DNA of 64,000 bases from Candidatus Hydrothermarchaeum profundi. GTDB lineage: Archaea; Hydrothermarchaeota; Hydrothermarchaeia; Hydrothermarchaeales; Hydrothermarchaeaceae. The stretch lies in NCBI GenBank assembly GCA_002011125.2, contig MTMF02000009.1, positions 84,332 to 148,331 of the forward strand, in the 5' to 3' direction. The notes under the pieces were generated by a model. The model was not told the DNA's origin. It ran no database searches and saw only the letters and a list, made by a program, of their open reading frames with translations. Position 1 is the first letter of the stretch. Each line of letters begins with the position of its first letter. Both the position numbers and the translations under genes were made by a program. Shown here piece by piece: positions 10,690 through 20,559 of this stretch.

Positions 10690-11700
10690 TTATCCAAATA
10701 GTGCTCCAAGCCCTTCTACTGCTTCTTCCTCTGAAACCTCTTCTTTCTCCTCAGTTTTTTCCTCTTCTTTTTCTTCTTTCTTTTCCGCTCTTTGTGCCGA
10801 AGAAGGCCTTGTAGATAATTTTTCTTTAAGATCGTCGTCTATAGCATCAGTTGTAAGATGGGATGCAATCGATAACATCTGCAAATATGATTTTGACAAG
10901 ATATCACCTATAATTTCAGGTTCATAAATCTCCGCCTGAAGTCCTAGTGCTCTGGCTTCAGAATAAGCTTTCCTAATAGCCATTGGAGCAGTTTCTTTAG
11001 TTATATATCCTGAGTAAATAGAGAGATTAACTGCATGAAGGAAAGCGTCTTGAATATCTGATATAACTTTTTCTTCATCTATAGATAGTATATCCGGCAA
11101 AAAGATAGTTCCATTTTCCCAAGCGGCCAATAGATCAAGTCCCACCTCAAGAGGCTCAATCCCTAATCTTGCTAAAACAGAGGCCAATTCCGGACTAATT
11201 CTTTCCCCTTCCTTTACAACTAATTTGTCCTCGCTTATAGCTATTTTACCCCCAGAGATCTTGGTTGGGATACCCACCCGCTGAAGCTCACTTAACATAG
11301 GTCCTGGAGGGAAGGGGGTCTCGCCTTTTTTAACAACAATATCCTTAGGAGCTATACTATTAGGCTTTGCTGGAGCAGGAGTTTTGCTTTTGTCAAGTAT
11401 TTTATAAAGTTTAAAAGGATTCACCTTAGAAAAGATGAAAGCAGGCTGTCCCTTAATATGTTCTTCTAATGCTTTAAGGCTCTTCTCTTCTTTTGACGCT
11501 TTTTCTAAGGCGTGTTTAATTAACGATTTTTTGGACATCTTTATAAGGACTTCACCACGTAGTAGGTCCCTCATCTTTTGAAGCTGCCGTGCGGGAATCC
11601 CTTCCATATTAACTATTCCAACTACTGGATACTCCTTTAGATATGCTGCCATTTTATCTACTTCTTCCAGTTTCCACTTGGCAACTTTAGTCATTTTCAA
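10690..11700 (-). CDS. rplP0: Ribosomal stalk protein P0 (L10)
   Basis: 336 aa with a P0-type N-terminal domain and the same acidic tail ([13 protein letters not shown]). Its start overlaps the rpl1 stop by 4 nt (ATGA). Confidence 0.95.
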   Translation of the reverse strand: MKMTKVAKWKLEEVDKMAAYLKEYPVVGIVNMEGIPARQLQKMRDLLRGEVLIKMSKKSLIKHALEKASKEEKSLKALEEHIKGQPAFIFSKVNPFKLYKILDKSKTPAPAKPNSIAPKDIVVKKGETPFPPGPMLSELQRVGIPTKISGGKIAISEDKLVVKEGERISPELASVLARLGIEPLEVGLDLLAAWENGTIFLPDILSIDEEKVISDIQDAFLHAVNLSIYSGYITKETAPMAIRKAYSEARALGLQAEIYEPEIIGDILSKSYLQMLSIASHLTTDAIDDDLKEKLSTRPSSAQRAEKKEEKEEEKTEEKEEVSEEEAVEGLGALFG

Positions 11701-12344
11701 CCACCAACTTTTACACTTGGACCCATAGTCGTGCTTAGGTAAACTGACTTTATATTATTATAGCCCTTTTCAAGCTTTCTTTCGATAAATCCCAGAACAG
11801 CTTCAATATTTTCAACGATCTTTTTGTCTTCCATGTTCTCTGTACCTACCGGTACATGTATCACGGGGTTTTCCTTAGTTCTAATCCTAACAGTTTTTCT
11901 AAGCCTGTCAACGAGAGGTTGCAATGGCGCACCAGGGGGTATAGGCTTAGGCATCTTACCCCTTGGACCGAGGATTGGACCAAGAGATTTACCTACCAAA
12001 GCCATGAGATTGGTAGGTGAAATAAAAAAGTCCATCTCCTCCGCAAGCTTTCTAGCCTCTCTTTTTTTACCTGCCAGAGACTCCAGCTCTTCCTTCGTGA
12101 TTACCTTGTCTGCAATTTTTTTAGCCTGCAAAGCGAGTTCATCTTCTCCAATGACACAAATCTTAACTTGTTTGCCTCTGCCGTTCGGTAGGACAATTTC
12201 CTCGTTTATTCTATTTTCTGGCTTATTCAGATCCATATCTTTCAAATTAATGGCCAATTCAATGCTCTGAGTGAAATTCCTTTTTTTGGATTTTTCTTTA
12301 ACTTCTTTAACAGCTCTAGAAATATCTTCAATAGGTATCGCCAT
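11697..12344 (-). CDS. rpl1: 50S ribosomal protein L1
   Basis: 215 aa in the conserved position between L11 and P0, with L1-type sequence (RNFTQSIELAINLKDMDL...GPRGKMP). Confidence 0.95.
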   Translation of the reverse strand: MAIPIEDISRAVKEVKEKSKKRNFTQSIELAINLKDMDLNKPENRINEEIVLPNGRGKQVKICVIGEDELALQAKKIADKVITKEELESLAGKKREARKLAEEMDFFISPTNLMALVGKSLGPILGPRGKMPKPIPPGAPLQPLVDRLRKTVRIRTKENPVIHVPVGTENMEDKKIVENIEAVLGFIERKLEKGYNNIKSVYLSTTMGPSVKVGG

Positions 12345-12351
12345 AGGACAC

Positions 12352-12834
12352 TTACTCCGCTAACTTATCGTCATATAAACCTTGTGAAATCTCAGACTGA
12401 ACTACCTTAGGAGATTTACCATCCACGGTAACTCCCATAGATAAACATGTACCTAAGACTTCCTTTACCGCTGCTTTTAAATCTACTGCAAGCATGCTAT
12501 CCTTCTTCATTTTTGCTATTTTTTTTAAGCTTTCAAAGCTTAGATTCCCTATCGGTTCAATAGCATCTCCTGAACCTTTTTCAGCTCCAAGCTCCTTTAG
12601 TATCAAGGCGCTGGTCGGAGGACTACCAACTTCTATCTCAAACTCCTTGGAGGAAGTATCAACTATTACCTTCACAGGGACTTTCATCCCTTGATAATCT
12701 TTAGTTTTTTCGTTAATAACGTCAACAACTTTACTTATGTTCACACCCAAAGGCCCTAAAGCGGGTCCTAATGGAGGTCCACTACTGGCCTTGCCACCTT
12801 CAACGAGCGCTTCAATCTCCTGCTTCACTTTCAT
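12352..12834 (-). CDS. rpl11: 50S ribosomal protein L11
   Basis: 160 aa. [20 protein letters not shown] is the L11 N-terminal signature. Confidence 0.95.
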   Translation of the reverse strand: MKVKQEIEALVEGGKASSGPPLGPALGPLGVNISKVVDVINEKTKDYQGMKVPVKVIVDTSSKEFEIEVGSPPTSALILKELGAEKGSGDAIEPIGNLSFESLKKIAKMKKDSMLAVDLKAAVKEVLGTCLSMGVTVDGKSPKVVQSEISQGLYDDKLAE

Positions 12835-13291
12835 GCTCCTCCTTTCTTATAACTTTAATGCTGTCACCTTGAACGGTGACAGGTATCGGAACAGTAGCTT
12901 CAAAAAGTTCTACAGTGATTTCTTCTTTTTTAAGGTCAACCCTCACTACCCTCGCTTTTTCTCCCTTGAAAGGACCGCTCACGAGTTCTACAATATCCCC
13001 TGCATCAACTTTAGTGACCATGGGCTTAGGTTCAAAGAATTTCTCAATCTCGGATAAATCTATTTCTCCCTCAACCACGCCTCTCGCATGAGACACCCCA
13101 TGAAGCGATTTTTCAATTTCTGTCTTATTAACAGCCTCAACTAAAATATAGCCTCTTATATCATGCGGCACGAGAACTGATTGAATCTCAAAATTTTCCT
13201 TCTCAGTTCTAGCGGTAATCATATCTGCTACGCTTCTTTCCCTACCAATGGTAGTTCTTACTGCATAAATTTTCGTCTCCATCTTACTCAA
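12812..13291 (-). CDS. spt5: Transcription elongation factor Spt5 (NusG)
   Basis: NGN domain ([18 protein letters not shown]) plus a KOW motif ([22 protein letters not shown]), in the conserved position upstream of rpl11. Confidence 0.9.
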   Translation of the reverse strand: MSKMETKIYAVRTTIGRERSVADMITARTEKENFEIQSVLVPHDIRGYILVEAVNKTEIEKSLHGVSHARGVVEGEIDLSEIEKFFEPKPMVTKVDAGDIVELVSGPFKGEKARVVRVDLKKEEITVELFEATVPIPVTVQGDSIKVIRKEEHESEAGD

Positions 13292-13303
13292 CCGGCTATA
13301 GTC

Positions 13304-13480
13304 TTACAATATTACCCCAGTTAATTGTATTGCTATACGGATTAGAAATCCTATTGCACCAATAATAACTATCCCAAGTCCAGTAATTTTTGCAACCATA
13401 ATGTACTCCGACTTAGTAGGCTTCCTAGAAAGCTTTATTACTCTATCCCACTCTCTTACCTTTTCCTTAATCATTTTCAT
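13304..13480 (-). CDS. secE: Preprotein translocase SecE / Sec61-gamma, 58 aa, not in the ORF track
   Basis: My translation: [58 protein letters not shown]. It has the RKPTKxEY motif and a single C-terminal TM helix, and sits in the classical position between ftsZ and spt5. The first ATG overlaps the ftsZ stop (ATGA); the ATG at 13474 is an alternative start. Confidence 0.8.
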   Translation of the reverse strand: MKMIKEKVREWDRVIKLSRKPTKSEYIMVAKITGLGIVIIGAIGFLIRIAIQLTGVIL

Positions 13481-14595
13481 TCTAAGAAATCAATGCCCAA
13501 CTCGCTCTTGAGATCCCTCTCCCTCTCCCGCCGGATAGGGGTCTCTTCTGCTCCAAGGATCTGTTTAGATTTCACTCCAGTAATCACTAACATTACCCTC
13601 AGCAATCCTTTTAAATCTTCTTCTATTTGCGCACCCCATATTATGTTGGCCCTGGGATCTAGCCTTTCAGAAACGACCTGTACTACCTGCTCTGCTTCAG
13701 TTAATGTCAAATCTTCTCCACCAACCACGTTTATTAAAGCACCACTGGCTCCAGTTATATCAACGTTAAGTAATGGACTATTAACTGCTTTCTCTATCGC
13801 CTCCACAGCCCTATTCTCAGTATCGCTTTCACCCATACCAATCATCGCCACTCCGCCGCCTTCCATCACTGCCCTAATATCAGCAAAATCTAAGTTAATT
13901 AAGCCCGGCTTAGTAATGAGTTCAGCAATACCTTTAACCGCCCTTACAAGTATCTCATCAGCTACTTTGAAGGCAGCTGGCAAAGGAAGATTTGGAGCAA
14001 TTTCCAATAGCTTATCATTGGGTATAACTATAACTGTGTCAGCCTCTTTCCTAAGCTTCTCTAAACCCATTTCCGCATTTCCTCTCCTTCTAAGACCCTC
14101 CATAGTGAATGGAAAAGTAACTATTGCAACAGTCAACGCTCCCAATTTCTGAGCGATATCTGCGATTATAGGTGCACTTCCTGTTCCAGTACCTCCACCA
14201 AGACCACAGGTTATAAAAACTAGGTCTGCGCCTTGAACGACCTCTTTAATTTCTTTTTCACTCTCTTTGGCTGCTTCCTCTCCTATCTGCGGTACAGAAC
14301 CCGCACCTAAACCCCCAGTAAGCTCTCTTCCAATCAACACCTTCCTGTGAGCAGAAGTGTACAAAAGATCTTGAGCATCAGTGTTGATAGCTATAGTTTC
14401 AGCACCCTCAATGCCAACCTCCATTAGCCTGCTTATAGTATTACCCCCCGCTCCACCTGTGCCTATTACAACTATCCTTGCTTTAGTGCGGGAGAGTATC
14501 TTCTCTAATTCTTCATCTATAGCCCCTCGAGGCCTCGGGGTACCAAATTTATCTTTAGCGGTATTTTTCAAAGCATCTTCAATAATAGAATCCAA
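13477..14595 (-). CDS. ftsZ: Cell division GTPase FtsZ
   Basis: Tubulin signature [10 protein letters not shown], with [10 protein letters not shown] and NTDAQDL motifs. Confidence 0.97.
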   Translation of the reverse strand: MDSIIEDALKNTAKDKFGTPRPRGAIDEELEKILSRTKARIVVIGTGGAGGNTISRLMEVGIEGAETIAINTDAQDLLYTSAHRKVLIGRELTGGLGAGSVPQIGEEAAKESEKEIKEVVQGADLVFITCGLGGGTGTGSAPIIADIAQKLGALTVAIVTFPFTMEGLRRRGNAEMGLEKLRKEADTVIVIPNDKLLEIAPNLPLPAAFKVADEILVRAVKGIAELITKPGLINLDFADIRAVMEGGGVAMIGMGESDTENRAVEAIEKAVNSPLLNVDITGASGALINVVGGEDLTLTEAEQVVQVVSERLDPRANIIWGAQIEEDLKGLLRVMLVITGVKSKQILGAEETPIRRERERDLKSELGIDFLE

Positions 14596-14636
14596 TATAA
14601 TGCCTCCTATGGAGATGAGTTACGATAAGAATTATA

Positions 14637-15878
14637 CTATATGTATTTAAATATTTCTTCATCTTTTATTTTAATTCGCTTTTCTTTTACCTTTACGACC
14701 ATCTCAGGAGTTATTTCCCTACCCTCTAGCTTAACTGAGTTTCCTCGAGCTAATTTCCCAAATAACGGTCCATCTTTTATCCCAAGCATCCTTGCCTTAT
14801 CTGGATCAAACTTCATCTCTCTTAGGATAAGATATGTTCCATCTATCTTTATCTGATATTTCTTTTTTAATATCTCAAAGCATGCCTTTATAACTCTTGA
14901 GCGGATATCTTCTTTTGCCTGGAATTTGTTTTTTAATTTGCCATCCTTATCTCTTATTACTACACCGCCTTTCTCTAAAATTAAAGACTCGATTTTTTTC
15001 CTATCGATCTTTTCTGCTTCCTTGAAAAATTCCTCTTCTATTTCAAATTCTGGAAGTACTGGCTTCTTTGCTAGATCTTTACCTCTCTTAAGTTCCAAAC
15101 CTACCTCCTCAGCCAGCTTTTTGGCTCTTACCCTATGCTCTTTTTTCATTCCCTTCCAGTCTAGGAGTCCAAAAAGTGCTCCTGTTTTCTTTATTGCCTG
15201 CTGAAATACTTCTCTACGGATATCTAATACAGAGTAGCTTGGAATGATATGCCCAATAGCTACATCGCTTTCAAGCATAATTTTAGTATGAATTGGAGCA
15301 TAGTGAGTCCCTCCAATACCAATAGCCCTCGGAAAATCTTGCCGGTTCCGTGCTGCATTCAATACAGCTCTAGCTACAGCTCTTATCGCTTTCTTATCCT
15401 CCCATTCCTCCACAGTACTCCCTACTTCAACAAACAAAAGAGGCTTTTGCAGGTCTGTAGGACCATGATGCGTGGCCTCCATGGAAACCCTATATCCCAG
15501 TGCTAAGTCCTTATTCGCTTTATAGAGCTCTCTTAAAGCTACTTTCATAGCGGCAGGCTGGGGTATAGATAATTTTTCTGGCCTACCCCCAACTTTAGCT
15601 TCCGAAGTTAGGTTTCCAGTTGCATGTACTGTCAGAGTCTTTTCTCCTGACTCACTCTTATGCCTCGATGCAAAGACATAAAACTCGGGATCAAAGAATC
15701 CATCAAGATGCTCCGCCTGCGTTTGACTTTTTTCTGTAGAAATAAGCCAGATTTCTCCTTTTTCATATATAGGCATTCCTTCAAATTCGCCTTTCTCCTT
15801 AAATCCGAAATTCTTAGCTAATTCATTATAAATGTTTTTACCAGCTATATCTCTGTGAGATGTTACTATCAGCCGCAT
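14637..15878 (-). CDS. dtdA: D-aminoacyl-tRNA deacylase, archaeal DtdA type, with a ~140-aa C-terminal extension
   Basis: The N-terminal ~270 aa (MRLIVTSHRDIAGKNI...EATHHGPT...GGTHYAP) fits the archaeal tRNA_deacylase family. The tail contains FDPDKARMLGIKDGPLFGKLARGNSVKLEGREITPEMV. Confidence 0.8.
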   Translation of the reverse strand: MRLIVTSHRDIAGKNIYNELAKNFGFKEKGEFEGMPIYEKGEIWLISTEKSQTQAEHLDGFFDPEFYVFASRHKSESGEKTLTVHATGNLTSEAKVGGRPEKLSIPQPAAMKVALRELYKANKDLALGYRVSMEATHHGPTDLQKPLLFVEVGSTVEEWEDKKAIRAVARAVLNAARNRQDFPRAIGIGGTHYAPIHTKIMLESDVAIGHIIPSYSVLDIRREVFQQAIKKTGALFGLLDWKGMKKEHRVRAKKLAEEVGLELKRGKDLAKKPVLPEFEIEEEFFKEAEKIDRKKIESLILEKGGVVIRDKDGKLKNKFQAKEDIRSRVIKACFEILKKKYQIKIDGTYLILREMKFDPDKARMLGIKDGPLFGKLARGNSVKLEGREITPEMVVKVKEKRIKIKDEEIFKYI

Positions 15879-15895
15879 TACTCCCGCCTCATACT

Positions 15896-16480
15896 CTAGG
15901 CTTCCTTGCTTAATATAAGTGGAATCAATTCATCTATAGAGTCCACATAGAAATCTGCTTCTCCAATTACATCCTCAGAAAACCTACTTCTTATTAGTCC
16001 AGTTGTAATTCCAACCGCTCTACCCGCATCGAGGTCATATCTATGATCTCCTACAAAGACCGCTTCATCTTTATTTAATTCTAAGTGATTTAAAACTAGC
16101 TCTAATTGTTTACCACTAGGCTTTGGCTCTCCGTCTTCCCTAGTTATAACTACATCAAAGTCAAGCCCATGTTTTTTAGAAATAATCTCAACAGCCTTTT
16201 TATTATTTCTAGTAACTAGGGCCTTCTTGATACCCCTCTTAGTTAGTAGCTCAAAAAGTTCACTTACCCCCGGATTAAGCTCCGAATGTAGAGCGGCCTC
16301 ACATTCATGTTCTATCAGTATTCTTTCAGCTTTTTTCCTTTTTTCTCCTTTTAACCTAGATATAATCTCCATTAAGCTCATCTCTATGTCCTCGCCAAGG
16401 ATTTCCCTCTTTATCCCAGAGATGTCGAGATTGAATTTAGTTAAAGTCCCATCTAGATCAAATATAACCAGCTTAATCAT
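15896..16480 (-). CDS. HAD-superfamily phosphatase (phosphoglycolate phosphatase-like)
   Basis: Motif I is VIFDLDGTLT. Later HAD motifs are VTRN and GDHRYDLDAG. Confidence 0.8.
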   Translation of the reverse strand: MIKLVIFDLDGTLTKFNLDISGIKREILGEDIEMSLMEIISRLKGEKRKKAERILIEHECEAALHSELNPGVSELFELLTKRGIKKALVTRNNKKAVEIISKKHGLDFDVVITREDGEPKPSGKQLELVLNHLELNKDEAVFVGDHRYDLDAGRAVGITTGLIRSRFSEDVIGEADFYVDSIDELIPLILSKEA

Positions 16481-16502
16481 CGAGAAAAAAAAAGAAATTT
16501 AA

Positions 16503-17411
16503 CTATATAAATTCCTCTATCCTCAACTGTCCTTTTTTTCTAAGAGGCTCTGAGTAAAATCCCCTAGATCTGAGTTCTTCCGAGAATTCCTCGCAAAAAC
16601 CATGAATTGTATAAACTATCTGGGGGTCTACCTCTTCAACATAGTGAATGAGGTCATAAAAGTCCGAATGATCACTAAGAGGGAAAGCACCCTCAATTCC
16701 CCTACGCGACTCAAAACGGAGAGCCCAACCCGTCACCACTCCTTTTCTGAAATTAGAGTCCATAGCCTTAGACCTTGGAGGAAGTATGACAACATAGTCA
16801 TCATCTATTTCTCCATCTAATAAAGAGTATTCTCCAAGATAAACTCCTAACTTTTCATACTTTTTATTGTTCTTATATATAGTGGGGTGCACTTGTATCA
16901 AATAATCCTCTGCGAGATATCTAGTCAACTCTTGAGCTTTTCCAAAAGAATATGCCAGCAGACAAGGAGTTTTTCCCATAGAGTGCGTATCGTCTATCCA
17001 GTCCCTAATCTCTTTAACCACCTCTGCTCTCTCAGGAAACTTAAAGAAAGGACTGCCATATGTAGATTCAACTATGAGAACATCTGCCTTTACAATCTTT
17101 GCTTCTTCTGTCGTAACTCCCCCACGTAAATTGAAATCCCCCGAATAGATAACATTAAACCCATTTTTTATGAGAAGTTGTCCTGAACCAAGCATATGGC
17201 CTGATTGAATTATTTGAAATCCTATCCCATTTACACAAATTTCTTCCACAAATCCTACGCTACTACAACCTAAATTTGAAAGATACTTAGTCTGATGAGA
17301 AGTAATAACCATGCCTTCAATAGACCTAGGGATATGGTCTGAATGCGCATGGGAGATAAAAGCTAGGCCGCTGGCTTTTTTAGGATCAAGACATATCCTC
17401 ACGTCATCCAT
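16503..17411 (-). CDS. Short beta-CASP / metallo-beta-lactamase nuclease
   Basis: ISHAHSDH (HxHxDH), VESTYG (beta-CASP-associated motif) and C-terminal LSDHSD, IHG. Confidence 0.7.
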   Translation of the reverse strand: MDDVRICLDPKKASGLAFISHAHSDHIPRSIEGMVITSHQTKYLSNLGCSSVGFVEEICVNGIGFQIIQSGHMLGSGQLLIKNGFNVIYSGDFNLRGGVTTEEAKIVKADVLIVESTYGSPFFKFPERAEVVKEIRDWIDDTHSMGKTPCLLAYSFGKAQELTRYLAEDYLIQVHPTIYKNNKKYEKLGVYLGEYSLLDGEIDDDYVVILPPRSKAMDSNFRKGVVTGWALRFESRRGIEGAFPLSDHSDFYDLIHYVEEVDPQIVYTIHGFCEEFSEELRSRGFYSEPLRKKGQLRIEEFI

Positions 17412-17540
17412 GGATATTTCTATTCCATTTCCCAGGCAGATTATTTCTACTACCTCCTCACCAATTTCAGTTTTCCCGGAATATAAGGGTTCCGCTCTTT
17501 CACATATTTTTTATATTCCTGACTGTCAACAAGTGAAATT

Positions 17541-18158
17541 ATGAACATCTTTGCTATAGTGCCTGTGAATAAATTATCGGAAGCAAAAAGTAGACTATCC
17601 CACGTGTTAACTCCGGTAGAGAGGAAGGCCCTCGTAATATGTATGCTAAAAGATGTATTAGACGCGTTGAAAAATCTAAAGATTATAATAATTAGTCCGG
17701 AGCCAAGTATAGGAAACCTTAAAGGTTATCGTTATGATTTCCTGCTAGAAAAGGAAAAAAAAGATTTAAACGAAGCTGTTAAGGTTGCTACCAAATATGC
17801 AATTAAAAAAAAGGCAGAGGCTACCTTATTTGTACCTGCGGACATCCCTCTCATATCGCCATATATTATTCAAGAAATACTTTCCCTTGGAAAAATTCAT
17901 CCACTTATAATATCTCCTGCTAAAAGAAACGGAACAGGTATCCTATTTAGGCGTCCTCCTGATATTATTGAGGAAAAATTCACTTCAAACAGTTTTTTAG
18001 ACCACCTAGAGGAAGCAAAATCTAAGAATATTACACCTTATATCTACGAGTCTCCTCGCATTTCCCTTGACCTTGATACCCAAGAAGACCTAGAGGAATT
18101 CATCCAAATCGGTAGGGGTACAAGGACCTACGACTTTCTAGTAGAGAGGATCATTTAG
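17541..18158 (+). CDS. cofC: 2-phospho-L-lactate guanylyltransferase (F420 biosynthesis)
   Basis: N-terminus IFAIVPVNKLSEAKSRLSHVLTPVERKALVICMLKDVLDAL and GTG, typical CofC size and pattern. Confidence 0.7.
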   Translation: MNIFAIVPVNKLSEAKSRLSHVLTPVERKALVICMLKDVLDALKNLKIIIISPEPSIGNLKGYRYDFLLEKEKKDLNEAVKVATKYAIKKKAEATLFVPADIPLISPYIIQEILSLGKIHPLIISPAKRNGTGILFRRPPDIIEEKFTSNSFLDHLEEAKSKNITPYIYESPRISLDLDTQEDLEEFIQIGRGTRTYDFLVERII

Positions 18159-19293
18159 GCCTTTCTCCTAAAATCACTTCAGTAGTATATATTTCGCCCT
18201 CTCTCCAATATTTTATCTCTATTCTCTCCCCCACTTGCTTTTTAAATAATACTTCTATAAGATCGTCCATACTACTTATCTTCTCGCCTGCTATCTCAAC
18301 TATTACATCGCCCAAAATGAAATCTTCTTCAAACGGAGATGACTCAGTGCCCTTTAGACCCGCCTTATATGCAGGGCCCCCAGGTTCAACTTCTATTACT
18401 AAAGCACCAGAAGTTATTGGGATACCTAACGTTTCTGAAAGTTCTTCAGTTAAGTCCCTTCCAGTTATGCCCAGCCATGGGCGTATTACTTTACCCCTCT
18501 CTATAAGCTCTTCTGCAACTTGCTTAGCTGTGTTTATTGGTATAGCGAAGCCGATTCCTTGGAATCCCCCTGAGACTGTGAAAATTGCACTCGTTATACC
18601 AATCACTTCACCCTTAGAATTTAAAAGAGGCCCCCCACTGTTACCGGGGTTGATTGCGGCATCCGTTTGAATGACTCCATAAATCTTATAACCATCATTT
18701 GAGAGTGTTCTATTTACTGCACTTATTACTCCCACTGTTATAGTATTTTCTAGCACATAAGGATTACCTACTGCAATAGATATCTGACCAGGGACTATAT
18801 TATCCGAATCTCCTAATATCACCGGCTTTAGATCATATGATGGATCTATCTTAAGAACCGCTGTGTCTGTTACCAGATCTGCTCCTATAACCTCTGCTTT
18901 CCATTCATCTCCGTTTGAAAGAATTACTCTAACTTCATCCGCATCTTCCACCACATGCTGGTTAGTTAGTATTAAACCAGAGGAGTCAATTATCATGCCT
19001 GAACCAGTCCGCTCACTTTTTTCTTTTATACCGAATATGTTTTCAAATTCCCCAACAGACACTATGTGGACAACTGAATCTTTAACTTGTTCGAATATAG
19101 CTGATACAATAGCTTCCTGGGATAGCGATTCATTTACTAGTATAACTTTTTGCTCTAGGATAGGAGGAGTTTTTTCATATAACCGGTCACCCCACGTAAA
19201 AAAAATCCCGGCAGTGAGTAAGCTGCTCGCTACTCCAATTAGTATACCAAAGACAACTAGTTTCCAAAAACCCTCACTTTTACTCATTTTCAA
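18151..19293 (-). CDS. HtrA/DegP-family serine protease with PDZ domain, membrane anchored
   Basis: N-terminal TM helix, catalytic TNQHVV ... D ... GNSGGPLLN triad context, and a C-terminal PDZ region. Confidence 0.9.
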   Translation of the reverse strand: MKMSKSEGFWKLVVFGILIGVASSLLTAGIFFTWGDRLYEKTPPILEQKVILVNESLSQEAIVSAIFEQVKDSVVHIVSVGEFENIFGIKEKSERTGSGMIIDSSGLILTNQHVVEDADEVRVILSNGDEWKAEVIGADLVTDTAVLKIDPSYDLKPVILGDSDNIVPGQISIAVGNPYVLENTITVGVISAVNRTLSNDGYKIYGVIQTDAAINPGNSGGPLLNSKGEVIGITSAIFTVSGGFQGIGFAIPINTAKQVAEELIERGKVIRPWLGITGRDLTEELSETLGIPITSGALVIEVEPGGPAYKAGLKGTESSPFEEDFILGDVIVEIAGEKISSMDDLIEVLFKKQVGERIEIKYWREGEIYTTEVILGERPK

Positions 19294-19370
19294 TGAACCT
19301 ACTAGTACAAAATATTATATCTTCATAAATCTTTTAGTGAAAGATATCCAAATAAAAAAGGGGGTTTACC

Positions 19371-20498
19371 ATGATACGCAGAGAAGAAATTCAAAAAATA
19401 GCGGGAGAATATGAGGATATAACAATTGGTATTTTTGGCTCTCACTCTGCTAAAGAGGTGGGAATGGCTGCAAAAGTGGCGGGCTTAAAAACTGTTATAA
19501 TAGTTCAAGAAGGAAGAGATTGGTTCTATACCAAATACCATAAGCATCTATATGATGAAGTGATAAAAGTACCAAAATTTCGGGACATGTTAAATGAGGA
19601 AGTCCAGGAGAAACTTAGAGAGCTAAACACTATATTCATCCCAAATCGATCCTTCTCGGTTTATGTAGGATATGACGGAATAGAAAACGATTTTATGGTC
19701 CCACTTTATGGGAATCGGTTTATTCTCCGGGCAGAGGATAGGGCAGATGAAAGAGGGCAGTATTATCTTATGAAAAAAGCAGGTATTAGGGTTCCTAAAG
19801 AGTTTAAGAGTCCGGAAGAAATTGATAGACTTTGTATAGTTAAAGTCCAGCAGGCCCAAAATGTTCTAGAAAGAGCTTTTTTCTATGCTTCCTCGCCTGA
19901 GGATTACTATAAACAAGAAAAAGAGCTTCTCGAGAAAGGTGTTATAAGCGAGGAAACCCTGAAAAACAGACGCATAGAGGAATATGTACTGGGAGCGAGG
20001 TTCAACGCTAATTTCCACGGATATGCGTTGGAAGATATTTTTGGGGACTTTGATCTTGTAGGATTCAGTGATCGCCGTCAAGTAAACCTTCAGGGATTTC
20101 TCAATTTACCTGCGAAAGATCAGCTTAAAATAAATGTGCCTGTGAAAAACGAGGAAATCGGGCACTTCGGAGTTACTATGCGGGAATCTAAACAGCCGCT
20201 AGTCTATGATGCGGCCTATCGTTTCAGACGGATAGTGGAGGAAGAGTATCCGCCAAAAATGATTGGACCCTTCGCACTACAAGGAGCGATAGGTTATAAT
20301 CCTGATGGAAAACTTGAGTTCGTAGTTTTCGATGTAAGCCCTCGTGTACCTGGAGATCCTGTGATGGGGCCTACTTCACCTGAGATGAGGAACTTAACCC
20401 TTAAACATGGCAGAAAAATAGAGGACCCTATGGATCTAGTTATGATGGAGATTACTACCGCCAAAAAAGAAGAAAGGCTAGAAGAGGTCGTAACCTAA
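19371..20498 (+). CDS. purP: 5-formaminoimidazole-4-carboxamide ribonucleotide (FAICAR) synthetase PurP
   Basis: ATP-grasp protein with N-terminus ITIGIFGSHSAKEVGMAAK, of PurP family length and pattern. Confidence 0.85.
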   Translation: MIRREEIQKIAGEYEDITIGIFGSHSAKEVGMAAKVAGLKTVIIVQEGRDWFYTKYHKHLYDEVIKVPKFRDMLNEEVQEKLRELNTIFIPNRSFSVYVGYDGIENDFMVPLYGNRFILRAEDRADERGQYYLMKKAGIRVPKEFKSPEEIDRLCIVKVQQAQNVLERAFFYASSPEDYYKQEKELLEKGVISEETLKNRRIEEYVLGARFNANFHGYALEDIFGDFDLVGFSDRRQVNLQGFLNLPAKDQLKINVPVKNEEIGHFGVTMRESKQPLVYDAAYRFRRIVEEEYPPKMIGPFALQGAIGYNPDGKLEFVVFDVSPRVPGDPVMGPTSPEMRNLTLKHGRKIEDPMDLVMMEITTAKKEERLEEVVT

Positions 20499-20559
20499 AT
20501 TTGAAACCTTAAATTATATATAAGACACCACAAAATATGAACTTCGCCGAGGATGACGC

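Noticed and set aside
10366-10790. Near-identical nucleotide stretches at the 3-prime ends of the P1 and P0 genes (…CTTCTTCCTCTGAAACCTCTTCTTTCT…).
   Set aside because: They encode the conserved acidic stalk tail (EEVSEEEA-x-EGLGALFG) shared by all P0/P1 proteins. This is not a mobile or regulatory repeat.
13493-14152. 219-aa plus-strand ORF antisense to ftsZ. Similar long shadow ORFs occur at 29073..29687, 11824..12270, 18863..19414, 32027..32494, 42140..42520 and 57089..57463.
   Set aside because: All lie entirely inside strongly supported genes on the opposite strand. Their Ser/Pro/Ile/Leu-rich, low-complexity translations are typical of antisense frames. No motifs were recognised.
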